A DNA stretch of 64,000 bases from Flaccisagitta enflata (Eukaryota), in contig OZ231126.1 in the NCBI GenBank assembly GCA_965153355.1, positions 40,796,001 to 40,860,000 on the forward strand. The letters are read 5' to 3'. Both the position numbers and the translations under genes were made by a program. The stretch's first letter is position 1. Each line of letters begins with the position of its first letter. A model generated the notes under the pieces. It was not told the origin of the DNA. It was given only the letters and a program-made list of their open reading frames with translations, and ran no database searches. Positions 1 through 15,841 of this stretch are shown here, one piece after another.

Positions 1-9
1 ACATGACTA

Positions 10-628
10 CACAGTGGGCCTTAATTAGATATGGGTTCAAAAAAATCCTCAGCAGTAGTGACTTGTATAAATAGGTAAAATTTATAGTGAAGAATTGATA
101 TTGACCCTTAAAAAAAAATTTCCCTTGAAAGTTTTCGCAAAAATCACTAAAATATATCCATTTTCTTATATATTTATACATAGATCTCAATGATCCATCA
201 ATTTTGAAATTCTGATTCCAGTTCCATATTCCTGGTAAAATTTCCAATCATTTGATAGGTCACACTATATGATTTCATGTAAAAATAAAATTTTCGTATT
301 TTAGGCCACCGTTGCATTTTTGTAACGGTGACATAGAAAATGAAAATTTTATTTTTACATGAAAGTATATAGTGTGACCTATCAAACAATTGGAAATTTT
401 ACCAGGAATATGAATCTTGAATCAGAATTTCAAAATTGATAGATCATTGAGATCTATCCAGAAATATATAAGAAAATGGACACATTTTAGTGATTTTTGC
501 GAAAACTTTCAAGGGAAATTTTTTTCTTAGGGGTCAATATCGATTTGTCACTATAAAATGTACCTATTTATACCAGTCACTACTGCTGAGGATTTTTTTG
601 GACCCATATCCAATTAAGGCCCACTGTG
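10..628. mobile_element. Palindromic MITE with CACAGTG...CACTGTG termini (Chapaev/Transib-like)
   Basis: Arms of about 270 bp are imperfect inverted repeats. ACTA is duplicated at 6-9 and 629-632. The empty site (acatgactaaaataac) is present in the paralogue near 23508-23523, minus strand. Confidence 0.85.
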
Positions 629-1175
629 ACTAAAATAACATTTCTTTCTCACTTCTAGCCATTTTTTTTCTTTTTAAACTGAAGAAATGAGCTTTTTCAA
701 ACAGTGGCAGTGACATTGGTAGTAAGATTATGAAATTTGAAATCGCCGTTCCCATAAGCAATTTTTTTGCAGTTATGAAACTGTAAAAAAGTTGCTTGTA
801 AAAACGTTTCATAAATTCTGTTTTTTGCAGTTTCAAAACCTCAATTTTTTGCAGTTTCAAAACTTTGAAAAATAAGCTTTTTGTAACGTCCTTCAAAGTA
901 GTAAAACATTACACATAAGCAAATTTACATAAAATACAAGTGACATGGAGTCACAATTCAACAACAATAGGACGGCAAGCCCATTTTTAGTCGCGTGCTA
1001 CACGACTCTACACCCTGCTTTGTCCATATGTATGAAAGCATAAGTCATCAACCCCTTTGGGGCCGCTGGCCAAAAGGATGTCTTCCAGATTTAGTTTTAT
1101 GGAAAACCACGAGTGGCGCTCGTATCCATTTATTTCAGTTTGGGTAATGTTAGGGAAATTGTTCCACCTAGCATA

Positions 1176-1584
1176 CTACGCGAATAAAGAAAAAGCCGCA
1201 CTTTTGACAATTTATCATATTAAATTTCAAAATAATTAAACAAAATCTTAGACCATTTTGAACATCTTAAAGAGATCTTTCATTTGGCTCCAATCTGGTA
1301 TTTCTAGCTTTATTCGTTTAGAAATGGCATAAAAAAGAGTGAAAACATTGCCATTTTCAGTTTTGCAATCCTATTGAAAAAAAAAGAGTATTTTTGAAAA
1401 CAAGAGGTTCACTTTGGCAAGCTCTATCTCCTAAATGGTTTGAGATACAGACCTGGGGTTAATCTAGACTGAAATAAAATTCAAAAGTCTTTAAAATCAG
1501 TTGAACAAAACAATTTTGAATTAATTTTTTGTGTCTCTTCCGCTCAGCTACAAAAGGGTGCGGCTTTTTTTTTATTTTGCGTAG
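1176..1584. mobile_element. TA-flanked MITE with CTACGCGAATAAA...TTTTGCGTAG termini
   Basis: TIR extends through AAAAAGCCGCAC / GTGCGGCTTTTT. TA duplication relative to the empty site at 23001-23015. Confidence 0.75.
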
Positions 1585-4500
1585 TATAACCATTTTTCAA
1601 TTTCTAAACACATTTTTTCTTAGTTTCAATACTTCAATTTTTTGCTTTTTTAAAACGGTAAAAAAGCCGATAAGATTACAAAGATATGTAGATTTTTTCT
1701 CTTGCTGGCTATAACTTTAGCTCTGTTTTCAAGCGTTTTGAAACGCAAAAATCTCATGGTTTTAAAACTTTAGAATTGCAAAGTTTTGAAACGGCAACTA
1801 TGCCACAAAATTCGTTTCAAAAGTTGCGCATACTTGTGGTATTGAAACGACAATATTAGATCGTTTTAAAACTGTATAAGAACGCTCGTTTCAAAACGGC
1901 TTTTTTAAGCATTTTTGTGACAAAAATTCATAATTTTTGTAACAAAAATCCACTTTTTTGCATTTTTGAAACGATTTTTGGCGGTTTGATACGTTATAAA
2001 GGAACGCCACGGAATATCTCATAAGTATAATACTTGCACTTATCAAGTATGTTCTTATGTACATTCCATGCCACCATGGCCTTTCACAACTTGTATCTAC
2101 CTTATCTGACCTAAAATCACCTCTACAAGGCCTGGAATCAGCCCTCTCAGACCTCAAATTAGCTCTATCAAGCCTCAAGTTTCACCTCGGAAGCCACATA
2201 TCATGACATATGTGCCCTCTCAGACATCAAAGTGTTCCTTTGAGAAATCTTCGTGGTTTCCTCAGAGGTCATTACAGCCTTTCTAGGCTGGAGGGATTAT
2301 ATTTGCTCTCCTGAGCCCATTCTGGACAAAAAAGCCTTATCCTAACCTCTTCAATGTTGGATGGTCCTTATTCTAACCTTCTGGCCATCCATGACAAATT
2401 CAGGTCTACCAAGCCTTTATCCTTGCTATCTTCAGCTAAAAAAAGATTCTTCTATTCTCAATTCTTTACTGTATCACACCAAGTAGGGCATCGGATACCG
2501 CTGACCATGCGTGATCCTTGGACGACTAGTTTGTGGCTATTCATGCGAAACTAGATGACCTAGGTCACTTCGCCTATTGCGACGCACACCCTGATCTTTT
2601 TGCGCAGTCCGATCAACTTCCTCACTGAGATTACTTTGCTCAATAAGATCACATTGTTCACAAGGACACGAGTTAAGGAATCAAGGCAATCCTCTCGATA
2701 AACCCATAATGCATAAAACCACTAAATCGAGGAATCGTTTCTGAATGAAAACAGTTCATTTTTTTCAATGCCCTTAAGAAAAAGTAAGTAAGCCTAATCA
2801 GTAATCAATCATGACAGAGAAGGTGTGGGGGAATTTCCACAAGTGACCACGCCCTTTTGCGTCTTACGCCCTCTTTTGGGTCGGCGTTTCTCGCCCTTTT
2901 TCCGCGGCCTGTGTGAGAGGCTGAGAACGCCGTCCCTTTTTTTTCTGCGGTGTGTGTGTGAGTTAACGCCCTCTCGGAAAAAGACGCTGATGCATTGTTC
3001 ATATTGACGGGGTCGAAATCTAGGCTTTACATTCATTCGCATCAATTTTCAAGAATTACAACAGCCGGAGATCGCGATCGTTTCACTGAAAGAGCTTAGG
3101 AATGGGGTATAAAACGAGCAACTCAATAGAACAGAATTAGCAAATCCCGACTGATTAAGTCGTGGTCTTATATTTTTTCTTTGTACATTTTTACATTTAT
3201 GAATTTTTTGTTTCTCATTTCATTCGTTACTAGGTGTCTACAATTGTTTGCACTGATCAGCGTCACAATTTACAAAATTAAGGTAAATTTGTTCTTTACA
3301 ATTTTCGCTGTCATCTAGATCCCTACCTTATCTCTTTCCCTCCCATAAGGCATAACCAATCGAGTTGATGAGCCATCGTTTCACTGAGCAACAAATGAAA
3401 ATATGGAGCCAACAGATCAACGAGCTTCGTCAAAAATTGAGCAGAGCACATGAGTAAGGCCTTAAGGTAAAGGCGTTGAAGTAAATAAACGCCCGACGCG
3501 ATGGTGCAAATGAAAGGATAGATTTGTACAAGCAAAAGAAAATGACACATATTGAATAGATAAGCATGAACACAGCCTCGAGACGATTAATCGCCTTTTT
3601 ACCTTCACTGAATCAAAAAAGAAGGAGTCGGTTACCTAATGATGGATGACTGAATCATTTGATGAATGAAAATGTTACTTGATGGATGAAAACGTTAATT
3701 GATGAATCACGATGGTTACTGCCTGCTGAGGAAATTGAAAGTGCGTATTTTGTTTTCAAGGTTATCGAATTTCTATGGTTAATCACGTAACCATCTCAGC
3801 TCATTTTAATTCAAACGACCATTCAGTTGATTGTCTTTTTTTCGTTATAAAGTAATTCATGATTAGGTGTCCATTTTAGTCCATTAAAGTTCGCTTTTCT
3901 TTATGAAAATTATCATACTTTATAATGATTAGATAATGAAGTGTCGAACTTTTCCAATTTCGCCCTTCATGGCAACAGCATTTGTAAAAACAAGGCCGGA
4001 TACACGGCTACCCTAGTCGCGTGCGGGTGGGCAGGAGCAGTGCTGGAGAAGGTCACTAGGGCATCTGGGCAGGAGCTGTATGCTCAAAAAGCTAAAAAAC
4101 GCCGATAAAGTAAAAAGGGGGACAAGCAACCTACCGTCCAACCGACCGACCAACCGACCGACCGACATAGCGGGGTGTAGAGCCGCGTAGCACGCGACTT
4201 AAAACTTCGGACGCACGCGACGTTGTTCTCTTGAACTTGTTCTTAAAGGGATGAAAAAAAACTTTCACGGCATCTCCAGTTCTCCACAAATCTTGAGGAG
4301 AAAGGAACAAATCTTGAGAAGGCGGAAAGGAATTGGGTAATACGTTCTTCCTAAGGGATAAAAAAAGAAAGAAAATGAATCTTCTGGCGAGAGAATTACG
4401 GCCCCAATGGATAGACTGCAGCTGGTGGTCAGCTTGGTTTCTCTTGTAGTCTTTTTCTGTATTTAAATGGAATCAAGTACATGTACAGATTTGTTTTACT

Positions 4501-6769
4501 TCTGAAGGTATTATTGTTTATGCTGGATATTAAATATGATGCGTGAAACATAAAGAAGAAGCTCACCTTAAACAAGCCAAACAGAGCGACAAAACAGTTA
4601 CATGATAAAATGATAACAATTCAAAATGACCTTTTTAACGACAAAAAGCTTTACTTAAAAATGTTACAGGCTGGCTGACGGCCGCCTAGATAGACTGACA
4701 AACATACCTACATCCAGAGACGCGTACACGCAACTGTAAATCGTCGAAACAGAAACTCAGGAACGATCTATCAAAGAGAAGAAGAAGAAGAAGAAGAAGA
4801 AGAAGAAGAAGAAGAAGAAGAAGAAGAAGAAGAAGAAGAAGAAGAAGAAGAAGAAGAAGAAGAAGAAGAAAAAAGAACAAGGCTAGTAGGCCAACAAGGT
4901 GCGCCGTGTGAATTGTCAAACGTTTGCGTTACCGACCAACAGACAGACCGACCAACGGACACAGCCAGTTATGGAGGCTCGTTGGCGCACCTAAAAACCA
5001 CTTACCAACCGCCGGTCATGGTGACATATTGAATTACGAATCCGCCTCTAGATATTCGGATGGGAGGTGCGCATAATTGAATAATGTATGAGATTTACAA
5101 AAAACTTAACGTTGAAGAGTGGATCTGAAATCAAGTATTCGGATTTGGAATCCCGTTGTCACCTGTTTTTAGGTGCGACAAAGCACCTCTATAACTGGCT
5201 GTGTCCGTTGGTTGGTGGGTTGGTCTGTCGGTTGGTCGGGTAACGCATTTGTTCGACGATACACATGTCGCACCTCATTGGCCTAATTGGCTTTGTTCAA
5301 ACCATCTTCTACTTTTCCTTTCTCCCTCATTCCAACTTTCTCATATCCTCATTTTGCTTTTCTTTTTTTGCCCCCATATGTTCATCTTTCTCATTATAAC
5401 TTATGCTCCTCTACGTGTCAGATTTACTTAAACCATCATCCCACCTATGGCTATGCTGTCACTTTGTATTCGCCAACACTTCTTCAACTTATCATTGTTT
5501 ATACCAGACTGCTCGCAGCGTGCGCGCATCTCTATAAAAGGCTGGGTCTGTCTGTTTGTCTGCGTGTCTGTCTGTCACTCTGTCTTTATGTATGTGTGTC
5601 TGTGTGTCTGTATGTCTGTCTGTGTGTCAGTCTATCTGTCTGTCTGTCTGTCTGTTTGTCAGTCAAGCTGTCTGTCTGTCAGTCAGAAAATCCGAGGCTC
5701 TTTCGCAAAAAAAAGTAGCACCAATTTATTCTATCGTTCATTCATTCATTCATTCATTCATTCATTCATTCATTCATTCATTCATTCATTTATTCATTCA
5801 TTCATTCATTCATTCATTCATTCATTCATTCATTCATTTGTTCCTAAATAGAAAACAATTTAAGTTCATAAAACAAATGAAACCTTCGTTTATAGAAGAC
5901 GTACTGTTTCGTTGAGCAACCAAATTGACCCCCTTTCCCTTCTTATCCATTGATCCTATGTTCTGTACAAACGCTCCAACCACATCACGCCCCATCATGC
6001 CCCATCATGCCGAAAGTAATCTCCACCATCTTTTTTTGTCTACATTCCATTACCCTCTTTACCCCCAAATTGGGAGCCCCAACCTCCCTCCCTTCTTCTG
6101 TAACTGCCCTTCTCCTAAAAACCCACGCACAGAGGAATCACCCGGCTGTCTCGCAGAAAGAAACGAGGCTGCCGCAAAGTGACGAAAAAAAAACCCTCAC
6201 CAGATCTTGCTTGAATAATGCATAAAGCAGGCGGGGGACATGAAAGGGCACCGAAGGGGCAGCATCTGCGAAAGGACAACTGCCCAAGCCAGGGCAATGA
6301 TAGCTGACATGCTGTGGTAGGGCAATATTTGGGCAACATAGTTAAACTTAAAAGACCGTTGGCATTGGCATCTTGACCATAAATATGCAATGGAGAAAAA
6401 AAAACCCACTGGCACCGAGTAATCTGAGGTGAGATTAAACCCCGGGGATGGCCCGGGCTGGCTTGGCGTTGCTTGGGGTTACTTGGGGTTACTTGGGGTT
6501 GCTTGGGCTTATTTAGTAAAACAGCAGTACTACACTACATTCAAACATCATGATAAACAAACCCCGAGCAAACCCCGAGCAGCTTCGAGCAACCCCAAGC
6601 AACCTCATTACCAGTAAAGGCGGCTCTCGCCGACCGGAAAAAAATTGTAAGATTGATTTTGTTTTTTGTCTCTTTTCATTACATTCACGTGTGTGTGTGT
6701 GAGTGTGTGTGTGTGTATGTGTGTGTGTGTGTGTGCGTGTGTGTGTATCTATCTGTCTGTTTGTCTCTT

Positions 6770-6772
6770 TTC

Positions 6773-6868
<96 letters not shown>

Positions 6869-7706
6869 GTCTGTCTTTTTTTTTCTCTCTCCCTCCCCCT
6901 CCCTCTCCCTCCCTTTCTCTCCCTCCCTCTCTCGTCCTCTCCCTCTCTCTCCCTCTCTCACCCTCTCTCTTCTCCTCTCTCCCTCTCCCCTCTCTCCCTC
7001 TCCCCTCCTCTCTCCCTCCCCCTCCCTCCCTCTTTCCTTCCCCCTTTCTCCCTCTCTCTCTCCCTCTCTTTCCCTCTCTCACCCTCTTCCCCTCTCTCCC
7101 TCCCTCTCTCATTCCCTCTCTCCCTCCCTCCCTCTCTCCCTCTTTCACTCCATCCCTCCCTTCCTCCCTCTCGCCTTCCCTCCCTCCCTCCTTCCCCCTC
7201 TTCCTTTCTCTTTCCCTCCCTCTTTCTCTCCATCCTTCTCTCTCTTCCTCTCTCCCTCCCTCTCTTCTTCCCTTTTACTCCCCCTCTCCCTCCCTCTCCC
7301 TCCCTCCCTTTCCCTCCCTCCCCCTCCCTCCCTTTCCCTCCCTCTTTCTCCCCCTCCCTCCCTCCCTCCCTTCCTCTCTACCTCTCTCCCTCCTTCCCCC
7401 TGTTTCCCTCTCTCTCCCTCCCACCCCCCTCTCCCTTTATCATTCCCTTTCCCTCCCCCTCTCCCCCTTTCCCTCCTTCCCTTTCCCTACCCCTATTCCT
7501 CCTTCTCCCTCTCCCTCCCTCCAAGTCTGCCTCATTCCCTCCCTCCCTCCTTCCCTCTCTCCCTCTCCCTCCCTCCATCTCCCTCCCTCCATCTCCCTCC
7601 CTCTCTCCCTATTCCTCCCTTTCCCTCCCTCCCTTTCTCTCCCCCTCCCTCCCTCCCTCTCCTCACTCCCTCTCCCTGCCTCCCTCCCTCTCTCCCTCTG
7701 CCCTCT
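6770..7706. repeat. Almost pure polypyrimidine/polypurine tract of about 0.9 kb ((CT)n grading into CCCT/CCTT)
   Basis: Directly visible; very few purines on the + strand. Confidence 0.95.
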
Positions 7707-8623
7707 ACTGAACTCATTTCTGTTGTTACGTAACATCAAAAATTGAAATCGATGAAAAATATCGATCTCTGAGAAGTATGCGGAAAATGTGAAAAAATAA
7801 AAAAAGATTAAAAAATTCATAGCGCTTTAAGTATTGGTCCGACAGTGCCCTGCTTTTTTCCAGAAAGTGTAAAAAAGTGCCCTCTTTCACCCTGTACTAA
7901 TTTCAACCCCAGCCTCGGGCGAGCCTAGTCGTGACTCAACTTTCCCAAAACGCCCCAAGTGAAAATAGAAAAAATTAATTCCTAAGCGAAACTCAAAAAA
8001 TCGAAAAACGTTTTTCGATTTTTTTCCCAATTAGATGTTACAGATTACTTGGTGTGTAGGTTGGTATTTAAAGCATGAAGCAGGCGTTCATATTTTGCAA
8101 ATCTTCCGAGGCGCAAAATTTTCTCTGACCAAGTTTCCGACATGCCATTTTTTGTCCTGTGCTACGCAACTCTAGAAGTGACTTTTCAGTCGGTCCTTCA
8201 ATCTGTCCATCTGTCGTGTGCGAAGTTGTTCAAAGCCATTTTAAACGCTTAAAAGATATTGAAAAGATTCAGGCCTGTATATAATTGAGTTGCCCCCAGC
8301 GGTTTTAAGGCATTCACTAGTACTTCTAGGTCAGTCTATTGTTCTGGCGGTCAGCCCATCTGTCTGTCAATCGGTTTGTCTAGTATCTGTTGCAAAGTTG
8401 TTGTACAGGATTATCTAGCGTTTATTACATCTCTGAACATTAGTGAAGAAACTTGGAGAAGTAAATAGGCTGACAGCTAGTTCAAGGGTCCTTTCAAAAA
8501 AATTAGGCAGTCTGTCTGTTTGTCTATCTGTCTGACTGTTGACTGTAAGTGCCAACGCGATGTTGCTATAATGAGTGTGTTTACTAACAAAACGAGAAAC
8601 AAATGACACAGAAAAAGACAATT

Positions 8624-8844
<221 letters not shown>

Positions 8845-9299
8845 CTTTTTTCCTTTTTCTTTTTTTTTTCTTTTTTTTTATTGCTTTCCCCTCCTTCTTC
8901 CTTTCCTTTCCTTCTTTTTTTCCCCTTTCCCTTTTCTCTCCTTCCTTCCCCTCCGACAAGCTTCCTCTTGTTCCGAGGCGAGGCGCGCCCCGCGCCTCCA
9001 AAATATGAACGCCTGGCATGAAGTTAAACAATGTGACATCGATCCCTTCTTCCCTAGTCTCATATACGCAAGCGTTAGCAAAATTGTTTTGTAAAGCCCC
9101 CAAAACAGAAAAACAGATGTTGTAACAATACTTTATTCGCATATCAGTAAATGTTAACCAATGAATAACAAATTAACAATGTGAACATAGCCATAGTGAG
9201 TCGAGATTGTCGATGCTCAATATTATCATTGCCATGAATGATCCGTGCGCAACTGTGGGGTCACGCGCAACAAATAAGGAAAATAAGGAAAGGAGGGGA

Positions 9300-9948
<649 letters not shown>

Positions 9949-10264
9949 TAGAGAGAAAACGATGATAAAGCAGATAAGCGGAAAAAGTGAGGCAAGGAAA
10001 TGAGATGGAAAAGAAGAGGAAGAAATGGGTTGAGGAAAGACGGATTTTTTTTCTCAGAATGATGTAAATGAGAAAAGGATTAATAAGAAATTCCCAAGAC
10101 GAGTGGAATCATTACTCTTATTGTCTTAACTATCTATAACATTTATGGTACTTTTTTTAAATGTCAGCTGATCAGAGGCATCAACGGTGAAATGGACAAT
10201 AACGGAATAAACCGGAAAAAGGAATTGTAGCAGCAATGGATAACTATAGTTAGTAGCTGGGGAT

Positions 10265-11420
<1,156 letters not shown>

Positions 11421-12214
11421 TATTTTTGCATCGTCTGCGCCTCACGTCTTTAATATGGTCTTGGTCAAGAGTTCAGCTTGCGTATGACCTTCAATTCCCC
11501 GAAGGCCCTCAGCCGGAAGTTTCTTTTCCTTGCTTCACTCTTTCCACATTTCGTTTTCTCCCTCTCATTCTTAGTAGATATAGGTCATAACATCTTCTAG
11601 CTGTTGTTCATATCGTATCATGTTTTTATATGACACTATGCTTTGACTCATCATCAGTATGAAGTCAGCGACAAAAAGCAACTGAAAAAAGAAAAATGTT
11701 TTCACAAAATATTTAATGAACAAGTAGTTATACTTTTTCCCCGCTTTGATTTTTGTCACGGGCACTTTTTGGACTACGAATAAAACAACAGCAGAATTTC
11801 ATAATGAAACCAACATATTTATATTATCATGATTGAAAATTGCCACAATCCTCATTCCAATTTTTGTTATTTCGTATGAACACATTCAAAGGCCCTCAGA
11901 TCCTCAGTACCGCAATCCTCATTCGTTCTTGTCACATCTTTGGTTGTCTCGTTTGATTATCAGCCCATAGCATCAGAGGGAAACCCATTCATGGACAAAG
12001 TTCAGAAGAGGGCAAGAGGGGAATTATACATAAGTTGACTAGGACAGAGAGTTAGCAGTTAATCGTATACTCATGTTGTTCACCTGCTACTTTGGACAGT
12101 GAACAGTTAACGTCTGTCGGTCCTATATATCCACGGTATGCTGGATGTTGTTACATATGACTAAAACAAAACATTCTCTCTCTGTCTCTCTGTCTCTCTG
12201 TCTCTCTGTCTCTC

Positions 12215-12333
<119 letters not shown>

Positions 12334-12342
12334 GTCTTTCAG

Positions 12343-12488
12343 GTCTACACCCCGGTAGTCACGGTATTCTGGATGATGTGATGTTCGACTCTGAAAGAAA
12401 CGCGACCTTCAAGCAGAACTCTATGGAGTTCTTCAAGTCTGAATGGTGGAACAAAGGGGAGCCAATTTGGGTCACGGCAAGAAAGCAG
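12343..12488 (+). CDS. ENPP-family internal exon (GLHPGSHGILDDVMFDSERNATFKQNSMEFFKSEWWNKGEPIWVTARKQ)
   Basis: Matches the ENPP block GLxxxSHGIxxxxMxD...F...WW.GEPIWVTA.xQ. Acceptor tctttcag after a (CT)n tract, donor CAG|gtgagt, 146 nt, phase 1-0. Confidence 0.9.
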
Positions 12489-13417
12489 GTGAGTTCTTAC
12501 CGAAGTTAGACAGGGAATGGAAGGACTTAAAAATGAAGAAGACTGGTGAGAGACAGGGAAGGGATGAAAAAGAAAGTGAAAACGAAGGACGGGAAACAGA
12601 TTAAGATGAGGTAAAGAAAATGATAACTTCTCCTCTCCTAATCGCCCCCCCCCACCAATAACTGAACAACGAGTTACGTGGCACGGGACAAAGAACCGCT
12701 TAGCTAGCGACTGAAATGGCAGTGAACACTGAAAAGGCCATGTTAAACGGAAAGACAACCCCACCGACGAACCGACAAACGTAGCTGGTTATTAAGTCTC
12801 AAGCACTCGTCTCAAGATTTTGAGAAAAATAGAAGCATTTCTCCTTTTCTTCTTCGTTGGCATTTTGCGCGGTCTCATGTTTCAACGGAAAAAAGAATTA
12901 TGCAAGTGGCATATCAATTGGCTCCGTTAAGGGCGCTAAAGATAGTGATGAAGATGGCGATGAAAATGGCAATTAGATGGCATAAAAAATGTCCTGAGAT
13001 ATGGCGATAAAAAGCCATTACTCAGAGAATGGGAATGACATAAATATCTAAAATCTTTGATGTTTCAGCCAGGGATGTGGGCGCGGTTTATCGCTTCCAT
13101 GACATCGTTTCAGTATATCTAAACTTACCAACCAGATAAAAAAAGAACAGTGAGAAGAGAGGTTAATTTGTGTTTATTCTAAATTTCATCTAGTGAGTAA
13201 AGCTTTTATTTATTTATTTTTTTTTTGGTGAAGTTCCAAGAAATAGAATTTAAAATCCACTGCTGCTTGAGAAAAAAGCCATTCATCACTTTGGCACGGA
13301 AACGTATCGGTAAATGGGGAAAAACGAAAAAAAAAGGTGGAGAAAAGGCGAGAGGGAAAGAGTGCAGTGAAAGAGAGAAAGAGAGAGAGACAGTAAGGAG
13401 AGATGAGTGAAGAAAAA

Positions 13418-13505
<88 letters not shown>

Positions 13506-14544
13506 AACAAACAAAGAAAGAAAGAAACAAAGAAACTAAGAAACAAACAAACAAACAAACAAACAAACAAACAAACAAACAAAGAAACAAAGAAACGAAG
13601 AAAGAAACAAAGAAAAACAGAGAAAAAATAACCGACAAATGATACCACGTGAATTTAAAGGAAAAGACCACTTTCCCAAGACCAATAAAACTCTTGATCA
13701 TTTGAAAGTTAAGCAATGATTCTTTTTAAGTTCAATCCGTTTAGACACAGTGAAAGATTCAGTAAAACAATTGCCATTTTAGAATTGCAATTTTATGCTT
13801 TTTCAGTGTATTTCTAGTATGCAACAGCTAGAGGTTTTTGGACGAATGTGGCACCTAAACGAATTGAGCCAGAAACCTGGGATTGGTTAAGAATGAAAAC
13901 CATTATAAATAATTGTATTCTAAACACTTTGGAACGTTGGAACATTTTTTCTAAATTCGCGCGTTACAACAAAACAAAGCCGGAAGTCAGAAATAGGAAA
14001 AAAGGGAAAAGGTGAAAAAAAAATACAGGTTGCAACAATGGAGAAAAGAGGATGAGCGTAGAAGGAAAAAAGGGTGAGGAAAAGCAGAAAGGAAGGTACA
14101 GAGCATAAAAAAAGCTACTCATATGGAACGTGTGATTTCACAGTCAGTTATGAAGCTCAATTTTGTACAGTTGAGCGCATGTAAGATTGAAATTGAAATT
14201 GAAATTTTAACCACACCCTCAGACTTCACAGGATGTCCCATGAGGAATTTGGTGATGTCAAGGGATTGGACAAAATCATGCTGTAGCACGCCAACTTAGA
14301 TGAAAGAAAAGATACCATTTGGCTTTGAGACCAGGTAGATCAATTCCGAAAAAAGTTCCAAGCAGCAAATAAGCTCCGATTTTGTTCTTACATCCACAAC
14401 ATGTTGAAGTCAGTGTTGTTTTTTTTTTCTGGATGGTTGGTGGTAGAATTGTCATATCTGTTTCTTTCAGAGTGCGTCTTGGTTAGATGTAGTGAAGCTG
14501 CCTCACTGCCAAAGAGTAAATACAATGCATTTTTTTTTGGATAG

Positions 14545-14577
14545 GGACTTCAAGGAAATTTCATGCCGTATTGGCAG
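14545..14577 (+). CDS. Possible ENPP micro-exon (GLQGNFMPYWQ)
   Basis: ttttttggatag acceptor and CAG|gtatgc donor; phase 0 fits the 12488 donor. Loosely resembles the expected 'GLKS..xYWP' segment. Weak support. Confidence 0.3.
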
Positions 14578-15750
14578 GTATGCTTTATTAGCGGGTGCGT
14601 TGTAGTGAGTTTCGATTGTACATTCTTTAGGCATGCGCAATAGTGAAACCCGGTTGAACATTGAAAGAAAGAACCTCTATCATAGGGACGAGAGGAAGGC
14701 AAGTGACTGAACGAAGAGTAGAAGAATGTAGAGCGTGAAAAAAAGCAGAGAAAAAGACAACTTGGTCATAATTCCATTTATTATGAAAAAAAGCGGGGAA
14801 CATTTGTCAACAAAAGACAAGCAAGAATGAGACAGAGAAAGAGACATGAGAAACAGAGGACAATGAGACGAAGACAGAGACAAACGACTTACTAGAAACG
14901 CATTTGTCAACCGTAGACAAGCGCAATGCTGATAGACGCGTGGATGAAGAAGAGAGACAGAGAAGGTCTTCATTGCGCTTGATGGGAAAAAAGAAATGGA
15001 GAAGAGAAGGAGAGGAAGGGTCGAGTCAGGGGAGATTTGGAAGTTGGGAAAGTCAGATGTGATCGGCAAAGGAGGCCTTTTGTACAAACGGACAGGAATG
15101 AGAGACTAAGAATCTCTTTAATTCGCATCTGAGGAAGGAAGAAAAACGCAAATGGGGGGGGGGGGGAAGGGAGTTGGAGGTGGGCATTAGCCAAGAGATT
15201 GCCAAGGAAAGAGGTGGTCGGTGAAGTGGGGATCATACGAATGATATTTTGGTAGGCAAATGAGAAAAGTGTGGAATAGTTCGACAAGTAACAAGGCCGG
15301 ATACACGGCCACCAGTTGCGGACGGGTGGGCAGGGGCGGATATGCGCGTTTTCCCACTTTTCGACTCGTTCACCTCTACGGACCAACCGACTGACCAACC
15401 GACCAACCGACCGACCAACCGACCGACGGACGGACAAAGCCTCTTATAGAGTTGCGTGTCCGCAACTAAAAATTGAAAAACTGCTTTGTTCTGGGTGATA
15501 CCTCATAGAGACCGGGTGGTAGGGGAAGAGCGGGGACCAGAACGCGGAAAGCTGGTTGATAGCTTGATAGTAAGCGCACGGGAAGACGCACGAACGCTCC
15601 GGTCTTCAAAAGCCGATATATTCAGAGCTATGGAGAGATAATCCAACCAAAGGCATAGGCTAATAATATCCTCAACCGGGGAATATCTAATATTTGCCAA
15701 CGCGCTAAACCAACATTTCTATGGGCGCGCACCTGTTTTTGTTTGCGTGC

Positions 15751-15841
<91 letters not shown>

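Larger units (their letters stand above)
1..2020. mobile_element. hAT-like non-autonomous element, copy 1 (left end outside the window)
   Basis: Homologous to 21864-23442; ends ...GGAACGCCACGGAATATCTC at 2020; rich in TTTCAAAAC/GTTTTGAAA motifs. Confidence 0.75.
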
